DNA from: Chiloscyllium plagiosum | Lineage: Eukaryota | NCBI RefSeq assembly: GCF_004010195.1 | Contig: NC_057720.1 | Coordinates: forward strand, 26,867,248 to 26,887,247 | Length of the DNA: 20,000 nt | Direction: 5' to 3' | The notes under the pieces: generated by a model | The model's database searches: none | Told to the model about the DNA's origin: nothing | What the model saw: the letters and a program-made list of their open reading frames with translations, nothing else | Shown: in pieces, positions 19,381-20,000 of the stretch | Layout of the letters: every line of letters begins with the position of its first letter | Numbering within the stretch: the stretch's first letter is position 1 | Made by a program: the position numbers and the translations under genes

Positions 19381-20000
19381 GGTAAGACCGTTTGGTTTTA
19401 AAAGTGCTTACCGGTAGCGGGCAGCGGTGTTTTTTTTTCTCTCTTCACAGAAAGAGCGGGAGCACCAGGGGGAAGTGACGACGACCAGAGGGGCAGCCGA
19501 GACCCGGAAGCAGTAGTGTAAGCTTACCTGGGTAGGTTTTTCCCCCTTTAAAAGCTCCAAGACCGTGTTAGGGAACTGGAGCTGGAGTTGGATGAACTTC
19601 GGATCATTCGGGAGGCAGAGGGGGTCATAGATCAGAGTTATAGGGAAGTAGTAACTCCAAAGATGGCAGATAGATGGGTGACAGTGAGGGGGACTGGGAG
19701 GAAGCAGCCAGTGCAGGGACCCCCTGCGGCCGTTCCCCTCAAGAACAAGTATACCGTTTTGGATACTTGTGGGGGGGATGACTTACCAGGGGTAAGTAAC
19801 GGGGCTCAGGTCTCTGGCACGGAGCCTGTCCCCGTTACTCAGAAGGGAAGGGCGAAGAAGAGCAGAGCAGTAGTAACTGGGGACTCAATAGTTCGCGGCA
19901 CAGATAGGCAGTTTTGTGGGAACGAGAGAGACTCACGTTTGGTATGTTGCCCCCCAGGTGCAAGGGTACGTGATGCCTCTGATCGTGTTTTCCGGGTCCT
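19381..20000 (+). mobile_element. Young CR1 LINE 5' end: CpG-rich 5' UTR plus ORF1, continuing beyond the window
   Basis: CpG-rich UTR followed by a frame homologous to ORF1 at 9911-10330. Confidence 0.9.
19552..20000 (+). CDS. CR1 ORF1 (coiled coil plus SGNH esterase start), open to the window edge, N-terminus missing
   Basis: Stop-free KLQDRVRELELELDELRIIREAEGVID..VPLKNKYTVLD..VVTGDSIVRGTDRQFCG..VCCPPGARVRD. Preceded by TAA at 19549-19551; first in-frame ATG at 19663. Absent from the ORF track because no stop lies inside the window. Confidence 0.75.

Overview
Vertebrate nuclear DNA, almost certainly a cartilaginous fish (shark). That is inferred from HE1-type V-SINEs, HER1-like CR1 LINEs with an esterase-type ORF1, and shark-type Penelope pseudo-LTRs, all recognised by eye without a database search. 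No intact host gene is identifiable. Much of the window is a nested pile of decayed transposons: CR1, L2, Rex1/Babar, three tRNA-derived SINE types, PIF/Harbinger remnants and a probable solo LTR. The most striking structure lies at 12.9-19.3 kb: seven short Penelope-derived insertions from about four sequence families, each carrying a recognisable minimal hammerhead-ribozyme core. Six have candidate 7-22 bp target-site duplications (TSDs), and five break or invert within ~10 nt of the 5' edge of the ribozyme core. One is a very young 79-bp perfect palindrome with a perfect 17-bp TSD. Hammerheads in Penelope pLTRs are known in general; the recurring breakpoint and microhomology pattern is the part most worth testing. 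Most ORFs in the supplied track are repeat fragments or antisense noise.
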